IMG/VR virus record: IMGVR_UViG_3300020207_000018
Span: 1-64,000 of that record
DNA from: an uncultured virus (IMG/VR IMGVR_UViG_3300020207_000018)
Taxonomy: Duplodnaviria > Heunggongvirae > Uroviricota > Caudoviricetes
Length of the DNA stretch: 64,000 bases
Reading direction: 5' to 3' (one strand)
Part shown: positions 47,892 to 58,700 of the stretch, piece after piece
Numbering within the stretch: the first letter of the stretch is position 1
Layout: every line of letters starts with the position of its first letter
Notes under the pieces: model-generated
Told to the model about the DNA's origin: nothing
The model's input: only the letters and a program-made list of their open reading frames with translations
Databases searched by the model: none
Position numbers and translations under genes: made by a program

Positions 47892-48719
47892 TTATGATAA
47901 CCTAATTTGGAAGGTTTTGAATGTTGTATTAGTATTTGCAGGAGTCACAAGCAATCTCATGTTTCCTGAATTTACATCTGAACTTAACGTGAATAATGAA
48001 GACGCTGAATATACATCGCCATATTGAACGAAGTAAGAATTCGAGCCATCATTAATCAATAATACTTCTGCTGAATGTGTGCCAGCTGATGCATGTGATG
48101 CCATGATCACATACTTAACTGCCTTGTTGGCAATTGCGTTTGCTGATAACACCTGATCTGCTGTAGTAGCAGTAGCTGATAATGTAGTGAAGTAACCTTG
48201 AACAAGGTTAGCTGCACTAGTAATAGCGACTACTTCAACAACATCACCATTTAAAGCATTTTCCGTTAATGTGATAGTTGATGAGCTGGTAGCAGTATAG
48301 TCTGCACCACCACCTACTAACTTAACACCGTTAATGTACACTTGTTCATAACCTGAGGTATATGAAAGTGAATTACCATTATCATCGTTACCTGTAATTG
48401 AAGTACCAGTTGATGATATAGTGTAAGTGAATGTTTGTACACCCGAAGATGGTTGGTCTGACCAACTCAAAGTTCCTGAACCATCAGTTTTTAAAATCTG
48501 ATTTGAGGAACCATCACTTGTAGGAAAAGAGAAAGCATCATTAACAGTTAAAGAAGCTGGATTCGATCCAACTTCTACAACAGCAGCTGAGCCGTCATTC
48601 TTCTCGGTATAAAATCTACCATGATAAGTATTGACAGCTAATTCACCTAGTGATAGATCACCTATACCAGGCAAAGCGCTTTGTGTAGAACTCCTTTTAA
48701 ATTGTATTAATGTTGCCAT
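47892..48719 (-). CDS. Tail-fibre-like protein (Mtd-N-like start)
   Basis: IQFKRSS...GELAVN, PTSDGSSNQILKTDGSG, VYINGVKL, shared C-terminal domain. Confidence 0.7.
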   Translation of the reverse strand: MATLIQFKRSSTQSALPGIGDLSLGELAVNTYHGRFYTEKNDGSAAVVEVGSNPASLTVNDAFSFPTSDGSSNQILKTDGSGTLSWSDQPSSGVQTFTYTISSTGTSITGNDDNGNSLSYTSGYEQVYINGVKLVGGGADYTATSSSTITLTENALNGDVVEVVAITSAANLVQGYFTTLSATATTADQVLSANAIANKAVKYVIMASHASAGTHSAEVLLINDGSNSYFVQYGDVYSASSLFTLSSDVNSGNMRLLVTPANTNTTFKTFQIRLS

Positions 48720-48747
48720 TGTTCTCTCCTATAGATTAGATGTTAAA

Positions 48748-50316
48748 TTAGAATGTACCACCGTCTATAGCAGTAACAGATACAGCACCTGAAGAGACTG
48801 TAAAGTTACTTGAGTCGAATGAAGCAATACCTTTAGCAGATGTTGTAGCATCATCGATTGCAACATCACCAGATGTTACAGTAAAGTATGAAGCTGAGAA
48901 AGATGCGATACCTTTATTAGCGTCTGTTGCATCTTCACCTGCTATTGTTATACTACCGTCAGCGTTTGTTACATCGATACCTTCGCCAGCTGAAAGAGCA
49001 GCAAGTTCCATATCTCCGTTAGAACCATTACCAATTAGTAATTGTCCTGCTGTAGGAGCTGCACCGTCTATAGAAGTAATTGAACCTGAAAGTGCAAGTC
49101 CTGAAACTTCTAAGTTACCGAATACTGCGTTACCTACTGAACCAGAGAATACTGAAGATGTGTCTGTAGCGTCTTGGATAAATTTAAATTTACCGTCAGA
49201 ATCATCCATACCAAAGAAACCAATTTTAGCAGTAGAACCATTGTGCCACTTAAATTTGATACCTCTGTCTAGGTTGTCATCTGAAGCGTCATCACCGATT
49301 TCAAACACTGGATCTGCAACTGAAGTAGTTGTAGAGTTTACAGTAGTTGTAGTACCGTTAACAGTCAAGTTACCTGAAACTGTTAAGTTACCTGAAGCGG
49401 CAATATTTGTTGATGTAATGTCATCTGAAGTTAGTGTACCATCTACTTGTACGTTGTTAAACTGTACGTTTGATGATGTGCCAACATCCTGACCGATTGC
49501 TAATGTTACGCCGTTGCCTGAAGCAGTTGATGAAACACCAGTACCACCTAAAACAGAAAGTACTTCTGAGTCAAGGTCGATAGCAATAGATGTAGTACCA
49601 TCTGAGATGTCTAAATCTTGTGCTGTTACTTGTGAATCAACATATGCTTTAACAGATTGCTGTGTAGGAACTTTAACGTCTGAATCAGAAGCCATGTTGT
49701 CTTCGTCAACTAAGAAGTCAATGTTTCCTACTTGAACTGCGTTAGCTTGAATTGCAGTAACACCTGAAGCGTTAACTGTTATGTCACCTGAAAGTGAAAC
49801 GTTATCAAATGAATCTGTACCATCATAGATCAAAATTTGACCTGATGAAGGAGCAGAAATATCTGAGTCTGATGCACCAGCAAGTGTTGAAGTTGTAGAT
49901 ACGAAAGAAAGGTTTCCTGAAGCATCTGTTGCAAGAACCTGGTTAGCAGAACCATCAGCTGATGGTAATGTAAAGGTTACTGAACTTGCAACTGAATCAG
50001 GAGCTTTCAGACCAACGAAGTTTGAACCGTTGTCTGAATCTTCTCTAAGTTGTAATGAAGCACCAGAAGTTGCACCGTTACCAACAATAAAGTTTGAAGG
50101 CGTTGGAGCATCACCGTCTACGATATCGGTATAATATTTACCGCCGATTTCGTGAATAACAGCTGATGAGCCTGAGTCTACTGACTCGATATACAATTTA
50201 GCAGAAGCACCGTCATTCGATCTATCCTGTACATACGCTAATTCGCCTTCGCTCAAGTCTGAGACTGTTGGCGCACTCGCTCCTGTACTTCTTTTAATTT
50301 GAATAACTGTTGCCAT
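48748..50316 (-). CDS. Tail-fibre-like protein
   Basis: IQIKRSTG...[28 protein letters not shown] repeats, ends DGGTF. Confidence 0.75.
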   Translation of the reverse strand: MATVIQIKRSTGASAPTVSDLSEGELAYVQDRSNDGASAKLYIESVDSGSSAVIHEIGGKYYTDIVDGDAPTPSNFIVGNGATSGASLQLREDSDNGSNFVGLKAPDSVASSVTFTLPSADGSANQVLATDASGNLSFVSTTSTLAGASDSDISAPSSGQILIYDGTDSFDNVSLSGDITVNASGVTAIQANAVQVGNIDFLVDEDNMASDSDVKVPTQQSVKAYVDSQVTAQDLDISDGTTSIAIDLDSEVLSVLGGTGVSSTASGNGVTLAIGQDVGTSSNVQFNNVQVDGTLTSDDITSTNIAASGNLTVSGNLTVNGTTTTVNSTTTSVADPVFEIGDDASDDNLDRGIKFKWHNGSTAKIGFFGMDDSDGKFKFIQDATDTSSVFSGSVGNAVFGNLEVSGLALSGSITSIDGAAPTAGQLLIGNGSNGDMELAALSAGEGIDVTNADGSITIAGEDATDANKGIASFSASYFTVTSGDVAIDDATTSAKGIASFDSSNFTVSSGAVSVTAIDGGTF

Positions 50317-50455
50317 TTTTTTCTCCTAAAAAATGAATTGGGTTTAATATAAAATTTGCAAATTTCTAGTTCACATATCCCTAGAAGATCATTATCTATC
50401 TCGTCCTCTCACAATGAGGGTCGTGTCTCACTGAATGACACCTTGATTGTAATAG

Positions 50456-50463
50456 TATTTATA
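50456..50463 (-). promoter_or_regulatory. T4 late promoter TATAAATA
   Basis: Exact consensus, 140 nt upstream of the 50316 start. Confidence 0.75.
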
Positions 50464-50466
50464 AGA

Positions 50467-50709
50467 CTAAAATGTTCCGCCGTCTATAACAGTGGTAGTA
50501 ACCCACTTATCAGACGATGCGTTATATGCCAATAGGCCGTTATCTGTTTCACTAGCATCTACATCTGATAGTTCTTGTATAGATTTAGCTGATAGATTGA
50601 CATTAGTAGATGAGTTACCAATTGCAACTTGTTTTACTCTAAAGTTACCTTGACCTTGCACCTTTCCTGAGATGCCTGCTACTCTTCCTACTACACCTTT
50701 AATTGCCAT
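50467..50709 (-). CDS. Small virion protein ending DGGTF
   Basis: ELSDVD...LLAYNASSDKW motif. Confidence 0.65.
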   Translation of the reverse strand: MAIKGVVGRVAGISGKVQGQGNFRVKQVAIGNSSTNVNLSAKSIQELSDVDASETDNGLLAYNASSDKWVTTTVIDGGTF

Positions 50710-50711
50710 AC

Positions 50712-51047
50712 TTAACTCCTAGTTACACCTGGCGTTATAATAGCTTGTCCTTCGACAACTCTACTAGTTTGACCACCAGAACTTGTTATGTTTAAGTCAT
50801 ACAGATATCTGCCTGGATTTAGAGCAGTTGTTTGTGTATCTGTTAAAGACAAAGTGACCTGACCTGAAGCCTCTGAAATAGATGTAGAAAATGTTGCACT
50901 TACTGAAGAAGACGTATATGTTTTTCTCATTTGTGCAGCTGCTGAATAACCTGATAGGTCTAAAACTGAACCATCAGAGTTTGTTACATCTACTGTAATG
51001 CTGAAGTCTGAACCTTGATCTATGTAAAGATTTGCTATAATTGCCAT
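50712..51047 (-). CDS. Conserved virion structural protein (BppU-N-like fold suspected)
   Basis: NLYIDQGSDF, DLSGYSAAAQMRK, GRYLYDL, RVVEG, TPGVT; late promoter at 51053-51060. Confidence 0.7.
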   Translation of the reverse strand: MAIIANLYIDQGSDFSITVDVTNSDGSVLDLSGYSAAAQMRKTYTSSSVSATFSTSISEASGQVTLSLTDTQTTALNPGRYLYDLNITSSGGQTSRVVEGQAIITPGVTRS

Positions 51048-51064
51048 ATTACTATTTATACGGA

Positions 51065-51994
51065 CTAATTATTTAATTGGGAATATGGGACTTTTGTATG
51101 TATTTTTTCTACTGTAGTTGGATCAGTTTTTACGTATGCTTCTTCTAATTGTTTTACAGTACCGTCTGCATCTTTAACATAAACTTGTTTAACTTCTGCT
51201 ACAGGACCTATAGGTCTTCTGCTAGAATATGTTATCTGATATGTAAATGGTGATCTATGTTGATATGTAGTTTGTACAACAATGTTACCACTTCTTGTAT
51301 TCTGAGCATTTGCAATATATGGTGAAGGTTGAGAAGCAGAAACCCTATATGTATCTGGCGATCTATGTTGATACGTAAATGGTATTCTATGTTGATAGAA
51401 CGATGGTGATCTATGTTGATACGTAAATGGTGTTCTACCTGTTGTAGGATATGTTATAGGTTGCCTATGTTGATATGTTGTTGGTGTTCGCCCTGTTGCC
51501 TGATATGTTGAAGGCTGTCTTGCATCTCTAATAAATGGATTCTGTCTATCAACAGGATGTCTGTAAGTTGTAGGTGAAGGTTTATTTCTTATAAACGGAT
51601 TCTGTTTATTTACAGGATGTCTGTAATTAGCTGATATACGATAGCTACCAATTATCGGATTCTGTCTGTTAACAGGATGTTGATAAGCTGCTGGTTGACG
51701 TTGATTTGCAACATAAGGTGATGGTCTATTTCTAATAAACGGATTCTGTTGTTGTGCAATGTATGGTGATTGAAATGGACTTCTTGCGATAGCAGCTGTC
51801 TGTGCGTTTGCTATGTAAGGAATAGGCACTCTAGTATTAGCAACTGTCTGAGCGTTTGCTGATGCACGGGCATTAGCAATGTACGGCACAGGCGTAGTAC
51901 CGTTAGTAGAATTTTGTCTATTAGCAATATAAGGATACGGCTGTTGTCCTGGCGTTGCGTTTGAATTGCTATATGTTACTTGTACGGTTGGCAT
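51065..51994 (-). CDS. Pro-delimited repeat protein D; antiparallel complement of 51996..53660
   Basis: Residues 19-260 use the same unit alphabet as A and B; C-terminal VKQVYVK...EEAYVK cap. Confidence 0.85.
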   Translation of the reverse strand: MPTVQVTYSNSNATPGQQPYPYIANRQNSTNGTTPVPYIANARASANAQTVANTRVPIPYIANAQTAAIARSPFQSPYIAQQQNPFIRNRPSPYVANQRQPAAYQHPVNRQNPIIGSYRISANYRHPVNKQNPFIRNKPSPTTYRHPVDRQNPFIRDARQPSTYQATGRTPTTYQHRQPITYPTTGRTPFTYQHRSPSFYQHRIPFTYQHRSPDTYRVSASQPSPYIANAQNTRSGNIVVQTTYQHRSPFTYQITYSSRRPIGPVAEVKQVYVKDADGTVKQLEEAYVKTDPTTVEKIHTKVPYSQLNN

Positions 51995-51995
51995 T

Positions 51996-53660
51996 TTATA
52001 CTATTATTGGCCCCCCACTACCTGCATTATATGCTGCTCTTAAACTTATGGGGCTTGATGACCAAGAACCGTTGAAGTATGAAGCTATATGAAAATATGT
52101 ATAATAAGTGTCTGTGCCTTTTGTTGCTTTTATTCCAAAATAAACATCATTTGATGTTAATTGTACTGGATTACCTGTGCTGTCGTATACACCCCACTTA
52201 AAAAATCTAGCAGTGCGAGTACCATTAAATCCACCCCTTGAAGTTGAACCAGACCAGAAATTATAATATTGGCCTCTGGTTTTTCCACAAACATGTGGAT
52301 AAAATCCATAACTGTTTCCACCTCCTCCGTAACAATTTGTTTGAGCTTGAGTACCTGATACCGATTCACCACTTGCATAATATGCTACATCAAAATTCCA
52401 AGTATCGTCAATTATACCATTAGCATTCAAATCGGTAATAGGCATATAAAATCTATAATAAAAACTCCAACCACTATTACTAAAAGAGTTATAATGACCA
52501 TACGATATTCTAAAAGCCCCTAAAGGATTTGTCTGAACAGTATTATTGTTAGCTGCAAAATCAAATTGCATATAACAACCACATTCGGTATGATTAAAAC
52601 CAGGATTACCAGTTGCTAATTGAAGAGTATTCCAACTTGGTACACTAAACATAGAAGCAGTTCCTGAAGGTGGGTCAGAATTTATATAATTCGTACTACC
52701 ACCAAAAGGATATACATCCCAAACAGGATTACTTATACCTGAGCCCCAAGGTTGAGGGTTCGGTTGATTAGCTAAAGTTGCACTTGTTGCTGTTGAACTT
52801 CCAGACAGTGCTGATTCGCCTACAATACCTTCATATGATGTTGGTACCTGAGCAGTCGATGGTGACTGATATATGTAAGGCGTTTGGCCTTGTGCTGAAT
52901 AAGTCGAAGGCGATTGATAAATGTAAGGCGATGGTCTTTGCGCCTGATACGTAAACGGATTTTGATAAATCGATGGCACCCTATATGTTTGAGGACTTCT
53001 TTGTTGTGCTTGATAAGTTGAAGGCACTCTATAAGGTACAGGTTGTTGATTTGACTCCTGTGCGTTTATATTTGCTGGTGACTGGTGTTGATACGTAGTA
53101 GGTTGTTGTGCCTGATATGTTACAGGATTTCTGTAACTTCTTGGGTCACGATATGTACTAGGTGATCTATAAGCATAACTTACAGGATTTCTGTAACTTC
53201 TTGGGTCACGATATGTACTAGGTGATTGATGTTGATACGCAACTATAACCTGTGCATTTCTTGGGTCTCTATAAGTTGAAGGACTTTGATGTTGATACGT
53301 AAACGGTGTTTGTGCGTTTGCAGGATACGGATACGGATTCTGTCTATTAGCAATATAAGGTGATTGTGCATCGGCCTGATAAGTATACGTTTGTTGTGCG
53401 TTTCTTATAAAAGGATTTTGTCTCGATCTTATGTTAGGTTGCTGTGCGTTTCTTATAAAAGGATTTTGCCTATTAACAGGATTTCGATAAATTATTGGTT
53501 GTTGATTCTGATAAGTCGAAGGAGACTGAAACGTATAAGGAACAATCGATGGTTGTTGTCTTATATTTGGTGCTTGAATGTTAGCAGGTTGCCTTGCTAT
53601 GTAAGGTTGCTGAAAACTACCGCCATTTAAATTGTGTTTAATGTAAATTTTATCTGCCAT
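51996..53660 (-). CDS. Pro-delimited repeat protein C with C-terminal globular (receptor-binding-like) domain
   Basis: Residues 19 to about 272 are repeats, followed by about 280 aa of G/S/N/aromatic-rich sequence. Confidence 0.8.
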   Translation of the reverse strand: MADKIYIKHNLNGGSFQQPYIARQPANIQAPNIRQQPSIVPYTFQSPSTYQNQQPIIYRNPVNRQNPFIRNAQQPNIRSRQNPFIRNAQQTYTYQADAQSPYIANRQNPYPYPANAQTPFTYQHQSPSTYRDPRNAQVIVAYQHQSPSTYRDPRSYRNPVSYAYRSPSTYRDPRSYRNPVTYQAQQPTTYQHQSPANINAQESNQQPVPYRVPSTYQAQQRSPQTYRVPSIYQNPFTYQAQRPSPYIYQSPSTYSAQGQTPYIYQSPSTAQVPTSYEGIVGESALSGSSTATSATLANQPNPQPWGSGISNPVWDVYPFGGSTNYINSDPPSGTASMFSVPSWNTLQLATGNPGFNHTECGCYMQFDFAANNNTVQTNPLGAFRISYGHYNSFSNSGWSFYYRFYMPITDLNANGIIDDTWNFDVAYYASGESVSGTQAQTNCYGGGGNSYGFYPHVCGKTRGQYYNFWSGSTSRGGFNGTRTARFFKWGVYDSTGNPVQLTSNDVYFGIKATKGTDTYYTYFHIASYFNGSWSSSPISLRAAYNAGSGGPIIV

Positions 53661-53661
53661 A

Positions 53662-55569
53662 TCATATCACAAACCATAAATGTCCAACTTCTTTACCTGT
53701 ACCACTTGGTGTACCAGATAGTGAAGAAGCACTAACAACTTCATAATCTAACTCAACATCATCGCCGTCTAATTTAACACCGTTTGATGTGTTCACTGAT
53801 AAAGTAGCAACACCATCTAATGAATCACCTGAAGAACCTGCGTTATAAGATTTCGCAAGACCTGAACCAGCAGATATGACACTATTTACTCTATCATCTG
53901 TAAAGTATTTATTAGTTTGTTCTGATATAGAATCGGTACCTGTTGAGTTATCTGCAACTTGTAAATCACCATTAGAATCAAATACTAGTATTTGACCAGC
54001 AGATGCACTAGATGTACTACCTACATCTGTTAAATCAGATATAGCAGAGTTCATTGTTGTGTTTATTGATACATTGCCTTTAGCAGTCTGTGTGACTGAA
54101 CCTGTAACTGCACCAGTCAATGAAAAGTCTGAATTATCTAAAACTAAATCTAAAGTATTATCTGAGTCATCATAGGTAACTGAAAGACCTGATTCAGTGT
54201 TTGAACTAATCATTGTACCGACTGTGTCAGCAATTCTTTCTACAATGTCATCAACTACAAAACTAGAACCGTTGTACTTAAGAACACTATTAGTATTTGC
54301 GCCACTTGTATTTACATCTGAAAGATCATCGATACTAGCAGCTGCGATTCTAGCGTCTGCTCTACCGTCTGTATAATAAAGATTAGAACTTCCTTCTGTT
54401 AAATCATCAGTGTCATGGTTTGATAAACTTGAAACTGTACCTGTAAGATGTCCTGTTGATACATTTAAAACTGTTGTTGAACCGTCTGCTGTAATTGTAG
54501 ATAATCTTGCAGTAGCATCGGTACCATTTGTACCGTTATCGATGATTGTTTGACCACCACTTGATAGAACATCACCTTTTAGATTACCATTAAAAGTAGT
54601 TGCAGTCATGTCTGTTGCATGAATGTTCTGCCATTTTAGTATACTACTTCCAAGTTCGTGTGTGTTGTTAGCACTTGGTAAAACATCTGAGTCTATTGAA
54701 CCTGTGAATGATATTGTATCACTAGATGCGTTACCTAAATCGATGTTACCATTCAGTGATGATAATCCATTAACTGTTAAAGCGCCAGTAGTTGTAACTG
54801 TTGAGGCATTTAAATCACCGCCTGTAAGTGTTGCAGTTCCATCACTCAATGTACCCACGTTGACTGTTGCGCTAAAGTTTGCATTTACACCACCAGTAAT
54901 ACTACCTGAGTTGATACTCATGGTGCTATCAGTAATTGTAGGCGCAGTCATTACACCGCCTGTTGTGATTGTTATATCATCTTCTGCAAATGTTTTACCT
55001 GCAAGTTGAATGTTGAAACCAGTCTCTAATTCTGTTGTGTTATTTGTGTTTGAAGCATTAAGAATAACACCATTTGAGTTGTTGTTAAAGATTGAGTTTG
55101 TATCTGATAACTGCCAGTATGAAGCACCTGTACTTGCTAATGCAGTACCTAAGTATGAACCTGTGTAAGAATATAGAACGAATCTATCGCCATTTGATAA
55201 ACCAGAACCGTATGTAGCACCTTGTAAGTTAATTCTTCCATAACTACCATCTGAATTTTGGCTAGTGATCTGATAGTCTATACCTTCTATTAAGTGAGAA
55301 CCGTTGACAAAGACCTGAATTCGGTCTTGTACAAATTTCATCACATTGTTAAACTGATCAGCGCCTTCGAAATGCGTTTCACCACCAGTTGCAATATACA
55401 CATACTCTTGGAAGTAAAATGCTTTATCTTCTACACTATTAACAGCGTCAACTAAAGTTGCTTGAGCAGTAGTTCTAAGACCACTAATATCACCCACGTC
55501 ATTAGCCAACACATTATATTGTTGTCTAAAATTTTCTATAGTACTGAAACTGTCTACTGTTTTAGCCAT
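53662..55569 (-). CDS. Tail-fibre-like structural protein
   Basis: TIENFRQQYN N-terminus, VFVNG domain, EGSSNLYYT repeat, ends GKEVGHLWFVI. Confidence 0.75.
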   Translation of the reverse strand: MAKTVDSFSTIENFRQQYNVLANDVGDISGLRTTAQATLVDAVNSVEDKAFYFQEYVYIATGGETHFEGADQFNNVMKFVQDRIQVFVNGSHLIEGIDYQITSQNSDGSYGRINLQGATYGSGLSNGDRFVLYSYTGSYLGTALASTGASYWQLSDTNSIFNNNSNGVILNASNTNNTTELETGFNIQLAGKTFAEDDITITTGGVMTAPTITDSTMSINSGSITGGVNANFSATVNVGTLSDGTATLTGGDLNASTVTTTGALTVNGLSSLNGNIDLGNASSDTISFTGSIDSDVLPSANNTHELGSSILKWQNIHATDMTATTFNGNLKGDVLSSGGQTIIDNGTNGTDATARLSTITADGSTTVLNVSTGHLTGTVSSLSNHDTDDLTEGSSNLYYTDGRADARIAAASIDDLSDVNTSGANTNSVLKYNGSSFVVDDIVERIADTVGTMISSNTESGLSVTYDDSDNTLDLVLDNSDFSLTGAVTGSVTQTAKGNVSINTTMNSAISDLTDVGSTSSASAGQILVFDSNGDLQVADNSTGTDSISEQTNKYFTDDRVNSVISAGSGLAKSYNAGSSGDSLDGVATLSVNTSNGVKLDGDDVELDYEVVSASSLSGTPSGTGKEVGHLWFVI

Positions 55570-55780
55570 TTATTTTCTCTTCTATCTTTCTAAGAAGTTC
55601 CTTAACTTCGGTTACTTCTTGTCTTAAACTATTTATTTCCTTTTTCTGAGAAGCAATGATTTGTCTTCTTCTCATTACCAATTTAAACTGTTCAACATCT
55701 GTATTGATAATTGCTTGTGAACGTTCTTCTCTAATTAGATTTGAATGTCCTTCAACCTTTATCATGCTAATGCTATACAT
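55562..55780 (-). CDS. Small conserved coiled-coil protein
   Basis: [10 protein letters not shown]...AIIN, typical next to the large baseplate protein. Confidence 0.65.
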   Translation of the reverse strand: MYSISMIKVEGHSNLIREERSQAIINTDVEQFKLVMRRRQIIASQKKEINSLRQEVTEVKELLRKIEEKING

Positions 55781-58700
55781 CTAAGACCAGAAATTATTGG
55801 TACTTGAGATGTGTTTGTAGCCTGTCCTACAATCTTAATTACAAAACCTGTAAATTCAGGTAAGTTGTCTGCTGTGTATTCGTATTCTTTAAAGTTTCTA
55901 GCGTCTTGATCAATAGCTGTGTCAGGACCACCAGTTGAGTTAAAGAATTCAAATCCTAAATCATCTACTGGTGTATCTTCATCGTTTTTGATGAGTTTGT
56001 ATAAAACTTTAATGTCTGAGTTAGGTGGTCTAAAGTTATCTGATAAAACTTTCAATGATGTAGCAGGATTCTTTAAACTTACCAATCTTGTTGTGTATAC
56101 CATTGCGTTGTTATCGCCATCTGGTTCTGTTGATGGTACGTAAACTTCACCATCTGATAGATCGGCAGCAGAATCAATATCATTAATTCTGTTCATAATA
56201 CCTAGACAACCAATTGTACCTGTATCAATGTAAGGTGATACGTTTGGATTTGATGATCTCATTTGTAGTAATAATCTAAATGATCTCTGGTTACCCATTC
56301 TCTCTAATTCGTTGAGGGGTGATGCAACAACACTTGGTCTACTGAAGTAAACGTTATCGTTTAATTTAATAAAGTCATTTGCAGTTCTTCTTACATATTC
56401 AGTATCTAAGTTTGAATCTTCTGGTGAACCCATACCTGTTCTATTAATACTTGAGAATATTTGAGTATTATTAAATGTTATAGAAGGTATCATTGTATGA
56501 ATTGCATCATAATAGATGTTTCTTGTACTTCTAACTTGACTACCACCGCCATCTACACTTTGAGTTGCAACAAAACTTGTGCCGCCTTCTAAGTCATAAG
56601 ATGACATTACAGATGTTCTAGGTAGAACATTAAATGAGTCTATACTATAATCTTGTAGACTCTCGTGTGTACCGTTAATAGCTGCAACTGGAATACCACC
56701 CAATGTGTTTTCAACATTGGTGACACTTACTGTAAATGTTTGACTGTCGATTGTGACTGTAATAGTGTCGTTCACTGCGTAGTCACTACCTGGATCAGTA
56801 ATCTTAATTGAGTTTACTGCATCTAAATCTCCAGCGTCTACAACTACTTTGACTTTAAGACCTGTACCTGTACCACCTGTTACAACAGCATCATTACTTC
56901 CACCAGTCTCGTATGTCTGTGCTGTTACGGCAGCACTAATAGCACTTGGTGTGCCAATCTCTACTACGCCATCTTCTTTATCGCCTTTCACGCCTGCTAT
57001 TGTTACGTGTGAAGTTGTTTCGTACATACCGTGTGAGTAGTTTAATATCTTAACATAACTTTGACCAGCAAATGTTTGAACTGGATTCTCTTGTAGTTTT
57101 ACATCTCCGATAAAATCGTTTTCAAACACAACTTCTGCAACTTTTGAGGTATCGAATTGTGCAATCTTAAGATTGAACTTGAGATCGTCTGTTTGTTCTG
57201 CTGTCCATGTTGATGCGTTTTGTGATAAGAACAATGAACCAGCATATGGTTGTCCTGAAATTGTTTCACCAGTAATTAAATCGTTTTCGCCCATTCTGGA
57301 TATGAAACATTCGTATTCGTTTGAGTTTGATAAAACTACGAAACAGTATTCTTTACCTTTCTCTAGGTATACAGGCGAATCAAATGTAAATGTTGTAGCA
57401 CTTGAACCGTCTTCTGAAATATTAACTTCGTTTGGATTCTTAGATACTGTTGAGAATGGTAATACTAACTGACCTGGATAACCATTCACCATGTTTCTAA
57501 CTTGTACTGACACTGGTAGTGCATCGTCTTTAGTTCTAAAGAATAGATCAACTGAAGACAACATCATGCCACCATCCATATCTACTAAGAATGATTCTGC
57601 TAATGGATCGACCCACTCTGTCTCACGCAATTCTCTCTCATCGAATATTCTAGGAATTCTAGGATCAACGTCCCAAAAATCTCTAGGGTCATCAATAGGC
57701 GGTGGTGACGGTATCGGCGTACTTGTTGGTGTCGGCGTTGGTGTCGGTGTCGGTGTAGGCGACGGTGTAGGCGCAGGAGTTGTTGTCGGCGCTGGCGTCG
57801 GCGTAGGTGTCGGTGTAGGACTTGGTGTAGGCTCTGGAGTCGGTGTTGGACTCGGTATAGGTGCCTCAGTAGGTTCTGGTGTAGGTGTAGGTGCTGGAGT
57901 TGCAGGTGGTTCTGGACTTGGCTCAGGTGGTGTACCTGTACCAGGTGTTACGTTTAATAACTCACCTCTTCTTACTATTTGTCTCTCAGCAGATAGCCTT
58001 TCAATAACTACTCTACCATTCCTTGTTGATACAATTTCAGTTTGTGAAGCTTGTAATAAACCTTGTGCTTGATAGATTGCATTACCTCGTGATGCTGGGT
58101 TAGAAAGGTTATTTGAACTTGATGTAATAACCATTTCTCTAGCACCAGTTGGGAATCTCTGGAATCTATCGTTAGGTAAACTGAATGTTGCTCTTAATCT
58201 ACCGTTACCATCTGTTTTTACTATTTGATCGTATGATGTACCACCATCTTTACTGTACAGTGTACTGAATGGTTTTACATATGAGTTTACATCGATACCA
58301 TCAAAGAATACGTAATGGTTTGTGTTTGGTTTTAAGTTAACTGCATCTATTTCAATGTCTCTTGGTCTACAGAATGGTACAATTGTGACACTAACAATTC
58401 TATCGTTACGTGTTTCAACTAACTCTTCTACAACCGATGTTCTAACACCTGTTCTGATCTGAGACTCAGGTGTTTCTGTTACATTTCTTGTAACAGTAGT
58501 ATTAGGTGTATATTCACCACCTTGTGAAGGATCACCGTTCCAAGCTGCTGGAACACTTGATAATGTCTCTGTCTCTACAACTGTAGGTTCACCTACCCAT
58601 GTAGTCTGCCATGCGTTCCAAACAGTGCCTAATGCGTTTTCGTTCTCTGCTAATACTGCATCGAAGTTGCCTTCTCTGTTAACTCTTACTTCTGGTAATT

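Noticed and set aside
57491..58072. Plus-strand 193-aa GV-repeat ORF
   Set aside because: It is the antisense shadow of the PT linker in the 2255-aa protein.
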